Shown: positions 16,923 through 25,332 of the stretch, one piece after another
Layout of the letters: the number at the start of each line of letters is the position of its first letter
How positions within the stretch are numbered: the first letter of the stretch is position 1
Source of the DNA: a virus
Lineage: Duplodnaviria > Caudoviricetes
Length of the DNA: 49,767 bases
Reading direction: 5' to 3' (one strand)
Virus record (IMG/VR): IMGVR_UViG_3300024246_000008
Location: 1 to 49,767 of that record
Translations under genes and position numbers: made by a program
The notes under the pieces: model-generated
Databases searched by the model: none
What the model was told of the DNA's origin: nothing
Seen by the model: only the letters and a program-made list of their open reading frames with translations

Positions 16923-17284
16923 GCGCGCTCCGCTGCTGCCTCGGTGTCCGCGTCGGGCAGCTCGCCCGTGGCGATGTAGCGCTCGATCACGGCCGCGTCG
17001 TCCAGCAGGTCCTCGAGGTCGGGCGGAGGGTTGGTGCGGTAGTGGAACGTCAGGGCGTGCTGGGTCGCCAGGTGCCTGATCTGGTCGGCGCCCAGCGTGT
17101 GCCGCCCGGCCTCGTCGGGCAACCGCAGATCCCGCACGAGGCGCTCGCCGAGCGTGGCCGGACGCCGCCCGGGCTTCGCGGCTGCGCGGGGCGGCGGCAC
17201 GACGGCGCCGGGCATCATCGTCGGCAGCGGCGTCACCGTGCTGCTGCGCAGAGCGTGCGGGCCGCTGATTGGTCTCTCAGGCAT
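16919..17284 (-). CDS. Hypothetical protein
   Basis: ORF with overlapping start/stops in the early operon. Confidence 0.55.
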   Translation of the reverse strand: MPERPISGPHALRSSTVTPLPTMMPGAVVPPPRAAAKPGRRPATLGERLVRDLRLPDEAGRHTLGADQIRHLATQHALTFHYRTNPPPDLEDLLDDAAVIERYIATGELPDADTEAAAERA

Positions 17285-17495
17285 CTTTGTCTCCGATCAG
17301 CGCTCGGACGTCGGCGACGTGGCTGCGGGCCGCGGCGCAGAAGTCCGGGTCGGCGGTGCGCGCGGCCAGGTGGACGGCGACGGCCTGGCGCACGACCTCG
17401 GTGACGTCGAGGCCGTCGATGCTCGCGACGAGCGCGAGGTCGTTCGCGAGCAGCATGGGCAGCCGCAGCGTCATCGCCCGGGTGGGCTCAGCCAT
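17277..17495 (-). CDS. Ribbon-helix-helix DNA-binding protein
   Basis: ATG 17495; AMTLRLPMLLANDLALVASIDGLDVTEVVRQAV. Confidence 0.65.
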   Translation of the reverse strand: MAEPTRAMTLRLPMLLANDLALVASIDGLDVTEVVRQAVAVHLAARTADPDFCAAARSHVADVRALIGDKDA

Positions 17496-17724
17496 CGGCG
17501 GGTGCCGGCGCGTTGCGGTGCATGCGGGAGATGCCGCGTGCGGCGCAGCGCGGGGAGCAGTAGGCGCGGGCAAACTCGCCGCTGTTGAGGACCTTGGCGA
17601 CGGTCCAGCCGGACACGCGCCGCGAGAACAGGTCCACGTCTTCGGCCTGGCGGCCGCAGTCGGGTTCGTGGCACGGGTCGATATCGCTCTTGTCCACGGT
17701 GTCGGACGGCAGGGGCTCGCTCAT
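17488..17724 (-). CDS. Small Cys-containing protein
   Basis: CHEPDC and YCSPRC motifs. Confidence 0.55.
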   Translation of the reverse strand: MSEPLPSDTVDKSDIDPCHEPDCGRQAEDVDLFSRRVSGWTVAKVLNSGEFARAYCSPRCAARGISRMHRNAPAPADG

Positions 17725-17742
17725 CAGTGTTCTGCTTTCTGG

Positions 17743-17916
17743 TTAGCGCGGCGCGGCCGCGGTCGGGGAGATAGAGGTGATCGGGCCGCGTCGCGGCGCG
17801 TGCGGGTCGGCCTGCGACGTCCAGCTCAGCCATGTCAGGGCGACGAGCGCGGCGGCGATGGCCACGACGCCGGCGAGGTTCACGGTCAGGACCCAGGGCC
17901 CGTGGCGGTCGGTCAT
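17743..17916 (-). CDS. Small single-TM membrane protein
   Basis: ATG 17916; WVLTVNLAGVVAIAAALVALTWLSW. Confidence 0.5.
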   Translation of the reverse strand: MTDRHGPWVLTVNLAGVVAIAAALVALTWLSWTSQADPHAPRRGPITSISPTAAAPR

Positions 17917-18176
17917 TGCGGCCGCCGCGGGAGGGCGTACAGCCACTTGCTGGGCATCGCGGCATTCCAGTTGTGGATCTCGCGCGCGCTGATTTGGCCG
18001 TGTGTGGACAGCCGGGCGAGCGTGATGGCCAGCTTGCCGGTGCTCTGGCGAGTGATGAGCTGCAGCTCGTGCGCGGTCAGGCCCTGGGAGTGGTCGGCGA
18101 GGGCTTCGAGGACCGCGGCCACGCGGCGCTGGTCGCGGCGGGACGGCAACAGCAGTCGCACGTCGGGGAGCTTCAC
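17913..18176 (-). CDS. Winged-helix (PadR-like) protein
   Basis: GTG 18176; VLEALADHSQGLTAHELQLITRQSTGKLAITLARLSTHGQI...WLYAL. Confidence 0.55.
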   Translation of the reverse strand: MKLPDVRLLLPSRRDQRRVAAVLEALADHSQGLTAHELQLITRQSTGKLAITLARLSTHGQISAREIHNWNAAMPSKWLYALPRRPQ

Positions 18177-18745
18177 TGGGCGGCCATCCCGGCCAGGAAC
18201 TCGGCGACGCGCTTGTTGTGCCGGGCGTCTTCCAGCGCGTTGTGCTCGCCTTCGGCCTGCTCGGGGATGCGTGGATTGCCCAGGCGTTGTACCTCCTGCT
18301 TGAGGTCGTTGGTCCACATCGGGATGCCCTTGGGAAGATTGACCATCGGGCCGAAGAGTTGCGCCAGGGCGACGTGGTCATAGGCCGCGTACCAGGCCCA
18401 CAGCTCCAGGTCCGCGAAGCCGAGCAGGAACTCGCGGACTTCGTTGCGGATGATCTGGCGCGGCCGAATCAGGGTGCTGTCTGTGTCGAGGTGGCCCGGT
18501 TCGGTGACCTTGATCTCGTGGCGGCTGGGGCCGTTGCCGGTGTAGACCAGGTTCTTTTTCAGGCCGCGCACGGGCAGCTGGGCCCAGACGTTCTCGCGCA
18601 GCCAGGTGTGATTGCGGATGCGGTCGACGGGCATGTCCGCGTTGACGGCGTAGTACTCGGCACCGTCCTCGGCGACCATGCCGATCGAGATCAGGTCGAT
18701 GGTCCGGCCGTCCTCGATGAACTCGGTGTCATAGAAGATCTTCAC
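18173..18745 (-). CDS. 3'-5' exoribonuclease, RNase AS (Rv2179c)-like DEDDh family
   Basis: GTG 18745; IFYDTEFIEDGRTIDLISIG, LWAWYAAYDHV, MWTNDLKQ, HNALEDARHN. Confidence 0.88.
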   Translation of the reverse strand: MKIFYDTEFIEDGRTIDLISIGMVAEDGAEYYAVNADMPVDRIRNHTWLRENVWAQLPVRGLKKNLVYTGNGPSRHEIKVTEPGHLDTDSTLIRPRQIIRNEVREFLLGFADLELWAWYAAYDHVALAQLFGPMVNLPKGIPMWTNDLKQEVQRLGNPRIPEQAEGEHNALEDARHNKRVAEFLAGMAAQ

Positions 18746-18960
18746 GGGGTTCCTTCCAAGATGCGTTTGCGGGTGCCGGCGGAGCGCGCGGCCTGCTCGA
18801 CCAAGGCGAGGCGGCGCGCGTCGGAACAGGTCTTGTGACATGGCCGGCCCGTCTGGGGGTGGCGCATGATCGCGTTGGCGGTGCAGAACACGCAGGGTGC
18901 CGGGTCCCTGACTGGGGCGTGGCTCCAGTCGAGGCGCGCGAGCTCGTCGACGCGGGTCAC
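18742..18960 (-). CDS. Small Zn-finger protein
   Basis: GTG 18960; LDW...PAPCVFC...GRPCHKTC. Confidence 0.55.
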   Translation of the reverse strand: MTRVDELARLDWSHAPVRDPAPCVFCTANAIMRHPQTGRPCHKTCSDARRLALVEQAARSAGTRKRILEGTP

Positions 18961-20138
18961 GTCGTGCCCCGGGCCTGGATCGTCGGCTCCGGCGGCTCGT
19001 CCTCGGCCATGGCGTGCAGGAACTCGCGCATCACGACGGCTCGCGCGCTCGTGCTGACGGCCTTGCGGTACACGCTGTCCAGGGCGCCGGTGTAGTTCCA
19101 GGGGAGCTTCGGCGCCGGGTACCAGTAGCCGAGGCGGTAAAGCGGTGACTCGGCGGTCCACAACCGGTACCGGTCTGCGAGCTCGTCGGTTTCGCGGCTG
19201 CGCAGCACCGGCGTGAGCAATGTGCCGTTGCCGTCGTAGACGCGCAGGTTGTCGGGCCACCAACGGTGCCAACCGATGATGCGGCGCCCTTCCAGGGCCT
19301 GGATCTGCGGCAGGATCTCGCGGGCGCTGACGGTGCCCGCGTACTGCGGGTACTTCGCGGCCAGCTCCGCGTCGTCGAAGCCCCGGAGCCTGGCGTGCAG
19401 CAGGACGTTGCCGTTGACGTCCTCGACGTGGTGGGTCGCGCAGCCACCACCCGTGCCCTCATATGCGGCGATGACCGTCGCCGGGTCGGCCAGGACCTCA
19501 CGCGCCCACGCCGCCATCTCGGCCTGCACGGGGCGCACGGCCTCGATCCACTGCTGCTCGGCGGCGAGCCGGTGGCACCGGGCGCAGCGCCTGGCGCGCT
19601 CCGGCTCCGGGCTGATCTCCAGGGGGCTGCCGAGCCGTTTGCCGCACGCGGCGCAGGTGCGGGCGGCGTTCCACGCGGCCTGGCGCGAGGGTGAGAGCGC
19701 CGGGAGGTTGACGGCGTCGGCGATCGCGTACAGCGGGACCCAGTCCTGGCCGGCGAGGTAGTAGGCGACCGGCTGCTGTCCGGGTGCGGGCTGGGCGCGG
19801 TGCTCGCGGCGCAGCATCGTGCGGGTCGCCAGGTGCCGTGAAGGGAGGTCGCCGTACCGGTAGCTGGGCCGGCCCTCGACGCGCGTCGTCGTTGCCCGGA
19901 CCCGGTTGCGGGAGTCGCGCAGCAGCTTGTCGTGCGGCCGTATTTCCCAGGACGCGTCGAGCGGCAGGATCCGGCCGTCGTCTAACGCCAGGCGTAGCCG
20001 CCACGATCGTGGGCTGTTGCCTCGAGGGAGCACCACGCCCGAGTACTCGCGGCGTGGGCTGCGTGCCTGCACCCGCAGGCCGATCAGGTGCATCAGGTCG
20101 ACGGGTGCGGAGGGGATCAGCGCGGTCTGCTCAGACAT
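18957..20138 (-). CDS. Zn-finger protein fused to a degenerate DnaQ-like exonuclease domain
   Basis: ATG 20138; HLATRTMLR...PLY...ARTCAACG...CARCH then WAREVLADPATVIAAYEGTG...GNVLLHARL. Confidence 0.5.
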   Translation of the reverse strand: MSEQTALIPSAPVDLMHLIGLRVQARSPRREYSGVVLPRGNSPRSWRLRLALDDGRILPLDASWEIRPHDKLLRDSRNRVRATTTRVEGRPSYRYGDLPSRHLATRTMLRREHRAQPAPGQQPVAYYLAGQDWVPLYAIADAVNLPALSPSRQAAWNAARTCAACGKRLGSPLEISPEPERARRCARCHRLAAEQQWIEAVRPVQAEMAAWAREVLADPATVIAAYEGTGGGCATHHVEDVNGNVLLHARLRGFDDAELAAKYPQYAGTVSAREILPQIQALEGRRIIGWHRWWPDNLRVYDGNGTLLTPVLRSRETDELADRYRLWTAESPLYRLGYWYPAPKLPWNYTGALDSVYRKAVSTSARAVVMREFLHAMAEDEPPEPTIQARGTT

Positions 20139-20919
20139 CGGCGTCACCGAGCGGCTGCTCGTCCGGCTTGTCGTCGAGGTTGGCGGCCTTGGTGCGGGCC
20201 TCGTCGGCGAACAGCTCGTCGGTGAGGTCCTGGATGTCGGCTGCCGCCTGATGCTGGCGCTCGGACTTCTCGGCAGTTGAGGCCTCGTCTGCGGCGGCCG
20301 GCTGCTCGCCGGGCTGGAATGCCAGACCGTGATACACGCGCCATCCCTGATCCCATTCGGTCTGGTTAGCGAGGTAGTGAGTCCAGTTGTCGCCGGGGTG
20401 GGCGCGGCAGGCGAATCCGAAGGCGATCGGCCCTTCGCCGCTGCGGGGGTGCTCGGCCACGGCGACGCACCGGAAGACGATCGCCACCTCGGGAGGCTGG
20501 TAGATCGTGCCGTTGACGTAGGTGATGCCGGCACGGAAGAAGTCCGGTGCCGCCGAAACGTCGGGCTCGGAGTGCCAGAGCCGCTGGCCGACGCTGGCCA
20601 GGGTGTTGGCGATGGACAGCGCGGTCCAGTCGGGGCCGTCGTCGGCGAGGATCGCGGCCACCGAGGCCGCGGCAAGCAGCGCCAGGCCGACCTCCTTCTG
20701 GTCGAGGTCGGGGAACGTCTCGTCGCGGAGTCTCTGGGCGATCAGGTCGAACAGGTCGCGCACGCCGTCGGGGATCGTCTTGCCCTGCTCGTTGGCGCGG
20801 ATCGCGTCGGCGAGCTTGTCGAAGTCGATGCGCAGCGGGTGCGCGAGGCGCTCGGCGAGCGTGGGCTCGGCAGCCTCGGCCTGGTCGGCCGGTTCGGTCG
20901 CGGTGCTCTGGTCATTCAT
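20131..20919 (-). CDS. Hypothetical two-domain protein
   Basis: 262-aa ORF; PDFFRAGITY...FRCVAVAEHP...IAFGF segment. Confidence 0.6.
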   Translation of the reverse strand: MNDQSTATEPADQAEAAEPTLAERLAHPLRIDFDKLADAIRANEQGKTIPDGVRDLFDLIAQRLRDETFPDLDQKEVGLALLAAASVAAILADDGPDWTALSIANTLASVGQRLWHSEPDVSAAPDFFRAGITYVNGTIYQPPEVAIVFRCVAVAEHPRSGEGPIAFGFACRAHPGDNWTHYLANQTEWDQGWRVYHGLAFQPGEQPAAADEASTAEKSERQHQAAADIQDLTDELFADEARTKAANLDDKPDEQPLGDADV

Positions 20920-21319
20920 CGGGCTGCTCCTGGTCCTCGTTGACGGGCTGCTGGCGCGGCGGCTTACCGGCGCCGAGGCACGGGTGGAACGGCGGGTGCG
21001 GGGGGTTGTCGCTGACGTCGTGCGGTCCGATCAGGTCGCCTGTCAGGTCGACCCGGTCGCCGCAGACGGTGCACACGCCCTTGCCGATGGCCGCCAGGGC
21101 GGCGAGGGCGCCGGTTCCGTGGTCGCCGGGTTCGGGCTTGTTCTGCCAGTTCGCGTTGGGGTCGTGTAGGTGCGCGGGCCGTGCGAGGCGTACGCCGTGG
21201 GCTTCGGCGATGACGGCGAGCTCCAGGGCCACGGTGTGCGCGTTGCGCACGCCCTCGCGTTTGAGGCGGCCCTCCCAGCCGGCGACGACGACGTCGCGCA
21301 CGTCGCGGTCGGCGCTCAT
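20912..21319 (-). CDS. Hypothetical protein with Cys/His motif
   Basis: GVCTVCG...IGPH...CLGAG. Confidence 0.55.
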   Translation of the reverse strand: MSADRDVRDVVVAGWEGRLKREGVRNAHTVALELAVIAEAHGVRLARPAHLHDPNANWQNKPEPGDHGTGALAALAAIGKGVCTVCGDRVDLTGDLIGPHDVSDNPPHPPFHPCLGAGKPPRQQPVNEDQEQPDE

Positions 21320-21660
21320 CTTCGGTCACCGCCGCCGTCGAGTTCGTCGAGCTCCATCTGCAGGTCGGCGGGGAGCGTGTCCTGTCCGGTGCGGCGAACC
21401 ATGGCGCGGTGCAGCAGGTCCTGGCCGGCGTCGAACTCGGGGCCGAGCAGGGCCTCGGCGCGGCGGATGCGCAGGGTCGTGGTCGTCTCGTCGCTATCGA
21501 TGATCGTTTTTGATTCGAGCGGATCGACGATGAGGATCACGGCGAATCGGCCGGTCGGGTTGTGGGCGATCTCGGCTGCGAGGGCGCCGAGGCCGTTGCG
21601 CTCTCCGGCCGGGAGGCGGGCGGCGAGTTTCACCAGGTCGGTCTTCAGCTCGTCGAGCAC
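21316..21660 (-). CDS. Hypothetical protein
   Basis: GAGGAG RBS; LPAGERNGL...TTTLRIRRAE...RRTGQDTLP. Confidence 0.6.
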   Translation of the reverse strand: MLDELKTDLVKLAARLPAGERNGLGALAAEIAHNPTGRFAVILIVDPLESKTIIDSDETTTTLRIRRAEALLGPEFDAGQDLLHRAMVRRTGQDTLPADLQMELDELDGGGDRR

Positions 21661-21690
21661 GGGATCTCCTCAGCGGTCGGGGCGGTCATG

Positions 21691-21939
21691 TCAGCCCTCT
21701 TCGATCGTCGGCGGCTTAAGGGTGAGTTGGGCTCCGGGCTTGATCCGGGCGCGTTCGGCCGTGGCCGCGTGGTCGAGCTGCTTGCCGTCGGCGTTGTGAA
21801 GGCGCAGGTGGCTGTTGGCGGCGAACTTCAGGCCGAAGGCGCGGGCGGCGTCGGCCGCCAGGTGCTGGAGCGGCAGTTCGGGCCGGTAGAGGATTTCGCG
21901 GGTGTGGTCGCGGTAGGCGACCGTCACGGATTCGCTCAT
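21691..21939 (-). CDS. Ubiquitin-like (beta-grasp) protein, 82 aa, C-terminus -TIEEG
   Basis: ATG 21939 overlapping the upstream stop, GAAGGAG RBS; LRLHNADGKQLDHAATAERARIKPGAQLTL aligns by eye with ubiquitin [29 protein letters not shown]. Confidence 0.72.
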   Translation of the reverse strand: MSESVTVAYRDHTREILYRPELPLQHLAADAARAFGLKFAANSHLRLHNADGKQLDHAATAERARIKPGAQLTLKPPTIEEG

Positions 21940-22820
21940 GCTGCGGCTCCTTCGAGCGTCGGGATGGCGGTGCCGGTGCGGCTCAGCGCCTTTTCGAGGT
22001 ACTTGCGGCTGATGCCGAGGCGCTCGGCGATCGCGGCGCGGTCGCCGCCGACGGTGCGGGCGACGAACGCGGCGTCTTCGGCTAGGGCCTCGGCGCGGCC
22101 GGCGGGTGCGCCGAGGTCGGGGAGCGCAGCTGGGTCGTCGATGGTGTCGTCGTCCCAGGCGAGTGGGAGCGGCCAGCCGCGGCGCTGCGCGGCCAGACGG
22201 GCGCGGGTGACGGTGTGCGGCGCGATGCCGTGGTCGGCGGGGTTGCAGTCCCAGAGCGCGTCGTAGAGAGCGCGGCCGGCGCGGTGTGTGGCCGCGGTGA
22301 CCCTGCCGCCGGACAGAGCCAGGCTCAGGGTGGTGTCCACGATGCCGAGGCGCCGGGCAAGATAGGTCTGCGGGAAGCCGCGGGCCACCAGGGAGCGCAT
22401 GCGGCGGCGGAAGCCGGTGCCATCGACGGGGCAGTGGTCGTGGGCGAGGTCGGGCGCGGCAACGGGGCGCAGGGCGAGCAGTTTGCGGGCGGTCTCGGTG
22501 CGCATCCGGGGGCTGGGCGTGTGGCCCGGGGTGTGCTTCATGAGTGTCTCGACGGCGCGGGTCGTCAGGCCGGCTAGGTGGGCGGCGCGCTGGGCTCCGA
22601 TCCCTGCCGCGGCCAGGGCGCGCACGTGCTGGCGGACGGGCTCGGCGTCGGTGTAGGGCTGCCAGGTGCCCGCGGCCTGGGCGGCGGCGCGTCGGTCGGC
22701 GTATTCCTGGCGAGCGGCGCAGCACGGGTAGCAGCGGCAACGGTCCTTGCGATAGGCGGCGTACGTGCCCGGCGCCCGGGTTCCGACGTGCTTGCGGGTC
22801 TCCACGACGGTGGCGGTCAT
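21936..22820 (-). CDS. Zn-motif plus multi-HTH DNA-binding protein
   Basis: YRKDRCRCYPC, DAEPVRQHVRAL, GFRRRMRSLVARG, PLAWDDDTIDDP, AIAERLGIS. Confidence 0.7.
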   Translation of the reverse strand: MTATVVETRKHVGTRAPGTYAAYRKDRCRCYPCCAARQEYADRRAAAQAAGTWQPYTDAEPVRQHVRALAAAGIGAQRAAHLAGLTTRAVETLMKHTPGHTPSPRMRTETARKLLALRPVAAPDLAHDHCPVDGTGFRRRMRSLVARGFPQTYLARRLGIVDTTLSLALSGGRVTAATHRAGRALYDALWDCNPADHGIAPHTVTRARLAAQRRGWPLPLAWDDDTIDDPAALPDLGAPAGRAEALAEDAAFVARTVGGDRAAIAERLGISRKYLEKALSRTGTAIPTLEGAAA

Positions 22821-24034
22821 CGGCCGCCTGCCTCGGTGCGGGCGACGATCTGTGCGGCACGGATCATGATCTGGCGGTGGTCGGCGCGGGCCGTCACCCC
22901 ATGGCCGTCCAGGGGCACGCCGTCGTTTAGCTCGAGCTCGATCTCCGCCTGGGCGTTGGCGAGCAGGTCGCCGAGGTCGGCCGGATCGACGCCGCCGAGG
23001 ACGAGCCGCGCGCCGTCGTACTCGGGGTCTTCCGGCGAGCCGACCGGGATCGGCCTCGGTGTGGCCGGCTCTGCGCCGGCGGCCGCGCTCGGTAGTGGTT
23101 GATCGATATCCGCGGCGGCTTCGGGTTGCTCGTCGTCGTCCGCGCCGGACGTGAGGTCCCCACCTAGAGAGACCACACGGGTAGTTGGGTTAGGGGTTTT
23201 TAGGGTTTTAAATACAGGGACGGAAGCGGGGCTTCCGTCCAAAGTGCGCTGGCCTTCCGTTGAAAGTGCGCTGGCCTTCCGTTCAAACTCGGTTTCGGCG
23301 GAAGGCGTCTTCTCACTCGCCCCCACCGGATCGGTGGTTCGGACGGAAGCGGCGTTCCGTCCGAGCGAGTTATCCACAGGCGTTTCGGCGGAAGGCTGCT
23401 TCCGGCCGAGCTGGGAGGCGTCGCCGGTTTCACCGGAAGCAGACTTCTCGTCAAACGGGAGGCTGTCCGCACTTTCACCGGAAGCGCGCTGCTGTCTAGC
23501 GGAAGGCGGCGGTGTCGTTTCGCCGGAAGTGGCGTTCCGTTCAAGCCGGGCGGTCCGCGACGCCTCGATCGCCTTGATAGGGACGGCGCCCTTGGGCCGG
23601 TCCTCGATCCTCAGGAAGTCGGCGTCGAGGCGGTAGGGCAGGATCGCGAGGTCGGCGGGCAGGCACAGGTGGAACTCGTCGTAGGGGCGCTTGGTGCGGC
23701 CGCCGGCCCGCTTGGTCTTCTGCAGCAGTTTCAGCTTGAGCAGCAGCGCGATGTGCGTGCCGACGGCCTGGCGGTAGGACAGGTTGACGACGTTGAGCAG
23801 GATCGGGTCGGCGGGCACCATGTGGCTGCCGTCCGCGTTGCCCAGCCACGCCAGCGCGGAGGCCACGGCCCGGGTCTGCAGGCTCAGGTCCAGGCGCAGC
23901 ACCTCAAGGCTCCAGTCGTGGCGGTTGACCGGGTACCGGTCCTCGGGCCAGTTCTTCGGCGCCGGCTGGCCCTGGTAGTGCGCCCAGAGCCGGTCGCCCG
24001 CCGTCTGGTCCGTCTGCGCTGGTGCGTCCTCCAC
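22817..24034 (-). CDS. Replication initiator (lambda O-like, N-terminal wHTH)
   Basis: TRAVASALAWLGNADG...YRQAVGTHIALLLKLKLL..RAGGR; low-complexity central region carrying DNA repeats. Confidence 0.65.
   Translation of the reverse strand: MEDAPAQTDQTAGDRLWAHYQGQPAPKNWPEDRYPVNRHDWSLEVLRLDLSLQTRAVASALAWLGNADGSHMVPADPILLNVVNLSYRQAVGTHIALLLKLKLLQKTKRAGGRTKRPYDEFHLCLPADLAILPYRLDADFLRIEDRPKGAVPIKAIEASRTARLERNATSGETTPPPSARQQRASGESADSLPFDEKSASGETGDASQLGRKQPSAETPVDNSLGRNAASVRTTDPVGASEKTPSAETEFERKASALSTEGQRTLDGSPASVPVFKTLKTPNPTTRVVSLGGDLTSGADDDEQPEAAADIDQPLPSAAAGAEPATPRPIPVGSPEDPEYDGARLVLGGVDPADLGDLLANAQAEIELELNDGVPLDGHGVTARADHRQIMIRAAQIVARTEAGGR
23220..23545. repeat. Iteron array, putative replication origin inside the initiator gene
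   Basis: 21-bp direct repeat AAAGTGCGCTGGCCTTCCGTT (23241, 23263); several CGGAA-N5/6-TTCCG palindromes (23220-23238, 23341-23362, ~23389, ~23524); AT-rich patch 23190-23215. Confidence 0.7.
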
Positions 24035-24563
24035 TGGTGGTGCTCCCGTTCGTTGCGGTGAAGGTCATGGGGCTGGCGAGCTTGCCCAGCTCGAACCAGG
24101 CGTCCGGGCCGTCCTGGTCGCGGGCGACGAAGACCGTCGGCGGGTGCTCGTATGCCGCCTGCTTGGCCAGGAGGGTGACGGCCTTGATGCGCCACCTGTC
24201 GCGTTCGTCGGCTGCGGCGAGGTAGAAGGCCTCGAAGCGCCGGGCGCGGGCCTCAGCGTCCGCGAGATGGCGGCGCAGCCGCTGATTCGTGGTCTTGAGC
24301 GTCTCGGTGGTGTCCAGCTCGCCCGAGCGCACCTGGTACAGCGGCGCTTCCAGCACGGGTGCCGCGTGCGGGGAGAGCTCGACGAGCCCGTCTGGGCGGC
24401 GCTCGGCCACGATGACCGTGTCGCCGTCGACGCCGACCACCACGGCCGGGCCGTCCGGGTCCGGGCCGTCGTGGCCAGGGCCGAGCTCGGCCGGGGTCTC
24501 GACGATGCGCGGCTCGGCCGCCTCGACCTGCTCGCGCAGCCATTGGAAGGGATTGCGCATCAC
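23904..24563 (-). CDS. Hypothetical protein with coiled coil
   Basis: ETLKTTNQRLRRHLADAEARARR; 3' end overlaps the initiator by ~130 bp. Confidence 0.5.
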   Translation of the reverse strand: MMRNPFQWLREQVEAAEPRIVETPAELGPGHDGPDPDGPAVVVGVDGDTVIVAERRPDGLVELSPHAAPVLEAPLYQVRSGELDTTETLKTTNQRLRRHLADAEARARRFEAFYLAAADERDRWRIKAVTLLAKQAAYEHPPTVFVARDQDGPDAWFELGKLASPMTFTATNGSTTSGGRTSADGPDGGRPALGALPGPAGAEELARGPVPGQPPRLEP

Positions 24564-24838
24564 GCACCGTCCAGGGGCGTCGAGCCGTCCCAGCCGGTGT
24601 GCTCGGCTGCGAGCCGCTCGGCGTCCGTGGCCAGCCGGTAGCCGCGGACCGCGTCTCTGGCGACCACGTGCGTGTGCTCCAGGGCGCGCAGCCGCGGCCG
24701 CAGGACACGCGCGGGCCGGCCGAGCTCTTTCACCAGGCCGTCGAGGGTGAGCCAGCGGTGTGCCAGCAGGGCGCCGAGGATTGCGTACTGGTCGCGCATG
24801 ATCGTGCGCCTGCGCCGTTCGGAGACGAGAGACTTCAC
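24560..24838 (-). CDS. Winged-helix DNA-binding protein
   Basis: ILGALLAHRWLTLDGLVKELG...LRPRLRALEHTHVVAR...GYRL. Confidence 0.6.
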   Translation of the reverse strand: MKSLVSERRRRTIMRDQYAILGALLAHRWLTLDGLVKELGRPARVLRPRLRALEHTHVVARDAVRGYRLATDAERLAAEHTGWDGSTPLDGA

Positions 24839-25332
24839 GGCCGCTCCACCGCCTCGACGAGCTCGTCGGCGGCCGTGAGCGGCCCGAAGGTCTCGATCAC
24901 GTCTGGCAGCGGGACGTCGGTGTAGTCACCGGAGTGCTCGACTTCGAGCACGCTCATCACGGGCACCTGGTGGCCGTCGGTCCAGTGCAGCCAGCCGCTC
25001 AGCTTCCAGGTGTCGTCGTCTCGGTCGACGTACTCGCGCGCCAGGTCGTAGCGATCGCCGGTCGCCGGATCGATCCACTCGGCCGGCGGTTGCGCGTCCG
25101 CGCCCGTGAAGTCCGGGCCTCCGTGCTGGCGTAGCAGCCTGAGTGCGTCGCGGCCGCCGTTGTGCCGCTTGACCTGGCGGCGCACCTGCGCGCCGACTTC
25201 CATCTGCTCGACGACGTTGACGCCGCCGGCGAACAGGTTGATCAGGCGGCTGACGTCGTGCGTGCCGGTGGTCACCAGGACGACGACGGGTTCGCCGCGC
25301 TCGTTGTCGTAGGCGCGGGATTCGTAGGCCAT
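24835..25332 (-). CDS. Hypothetical protein with phiSA1p31-like C-terminal domain
   Basis: ATG 25332; YDLAREYVDRDDDTW...PLPDVIETFGPLT. Confidence 0.55.
   Translation of the reverse strand: MAYESRAYDNERGEPVVVLVTTGTHDVSRLINLFAGGVNVVEQMEVGAQVRRQVKRHNGGRDALRLLRQHGGPDFTGADAQPPAEWIDPATGDRYDLAREYVDRDDDTWKLSGWLHWTDGHQVPVMSVLEVEHSGDYTDVPLPDVIETFGPLTAADELVEAVERP

Noticed and set aside
20131-20300. Pup-like acidic tail
   Set aside because: No C-terminal GGE/GGQ and no Pup consensus
21691-22860. 389-aa ORF as a single protein
   Set aside because: N-terminal ~300 aa is a shadow frame of the HTH gene; only the last 82 aa have an RBS and a coherent fold
23220-23545. Mini-CRISPR array
   Set aside because: Irregular spacing and degenerate palindromes inside a CDS fit iterons
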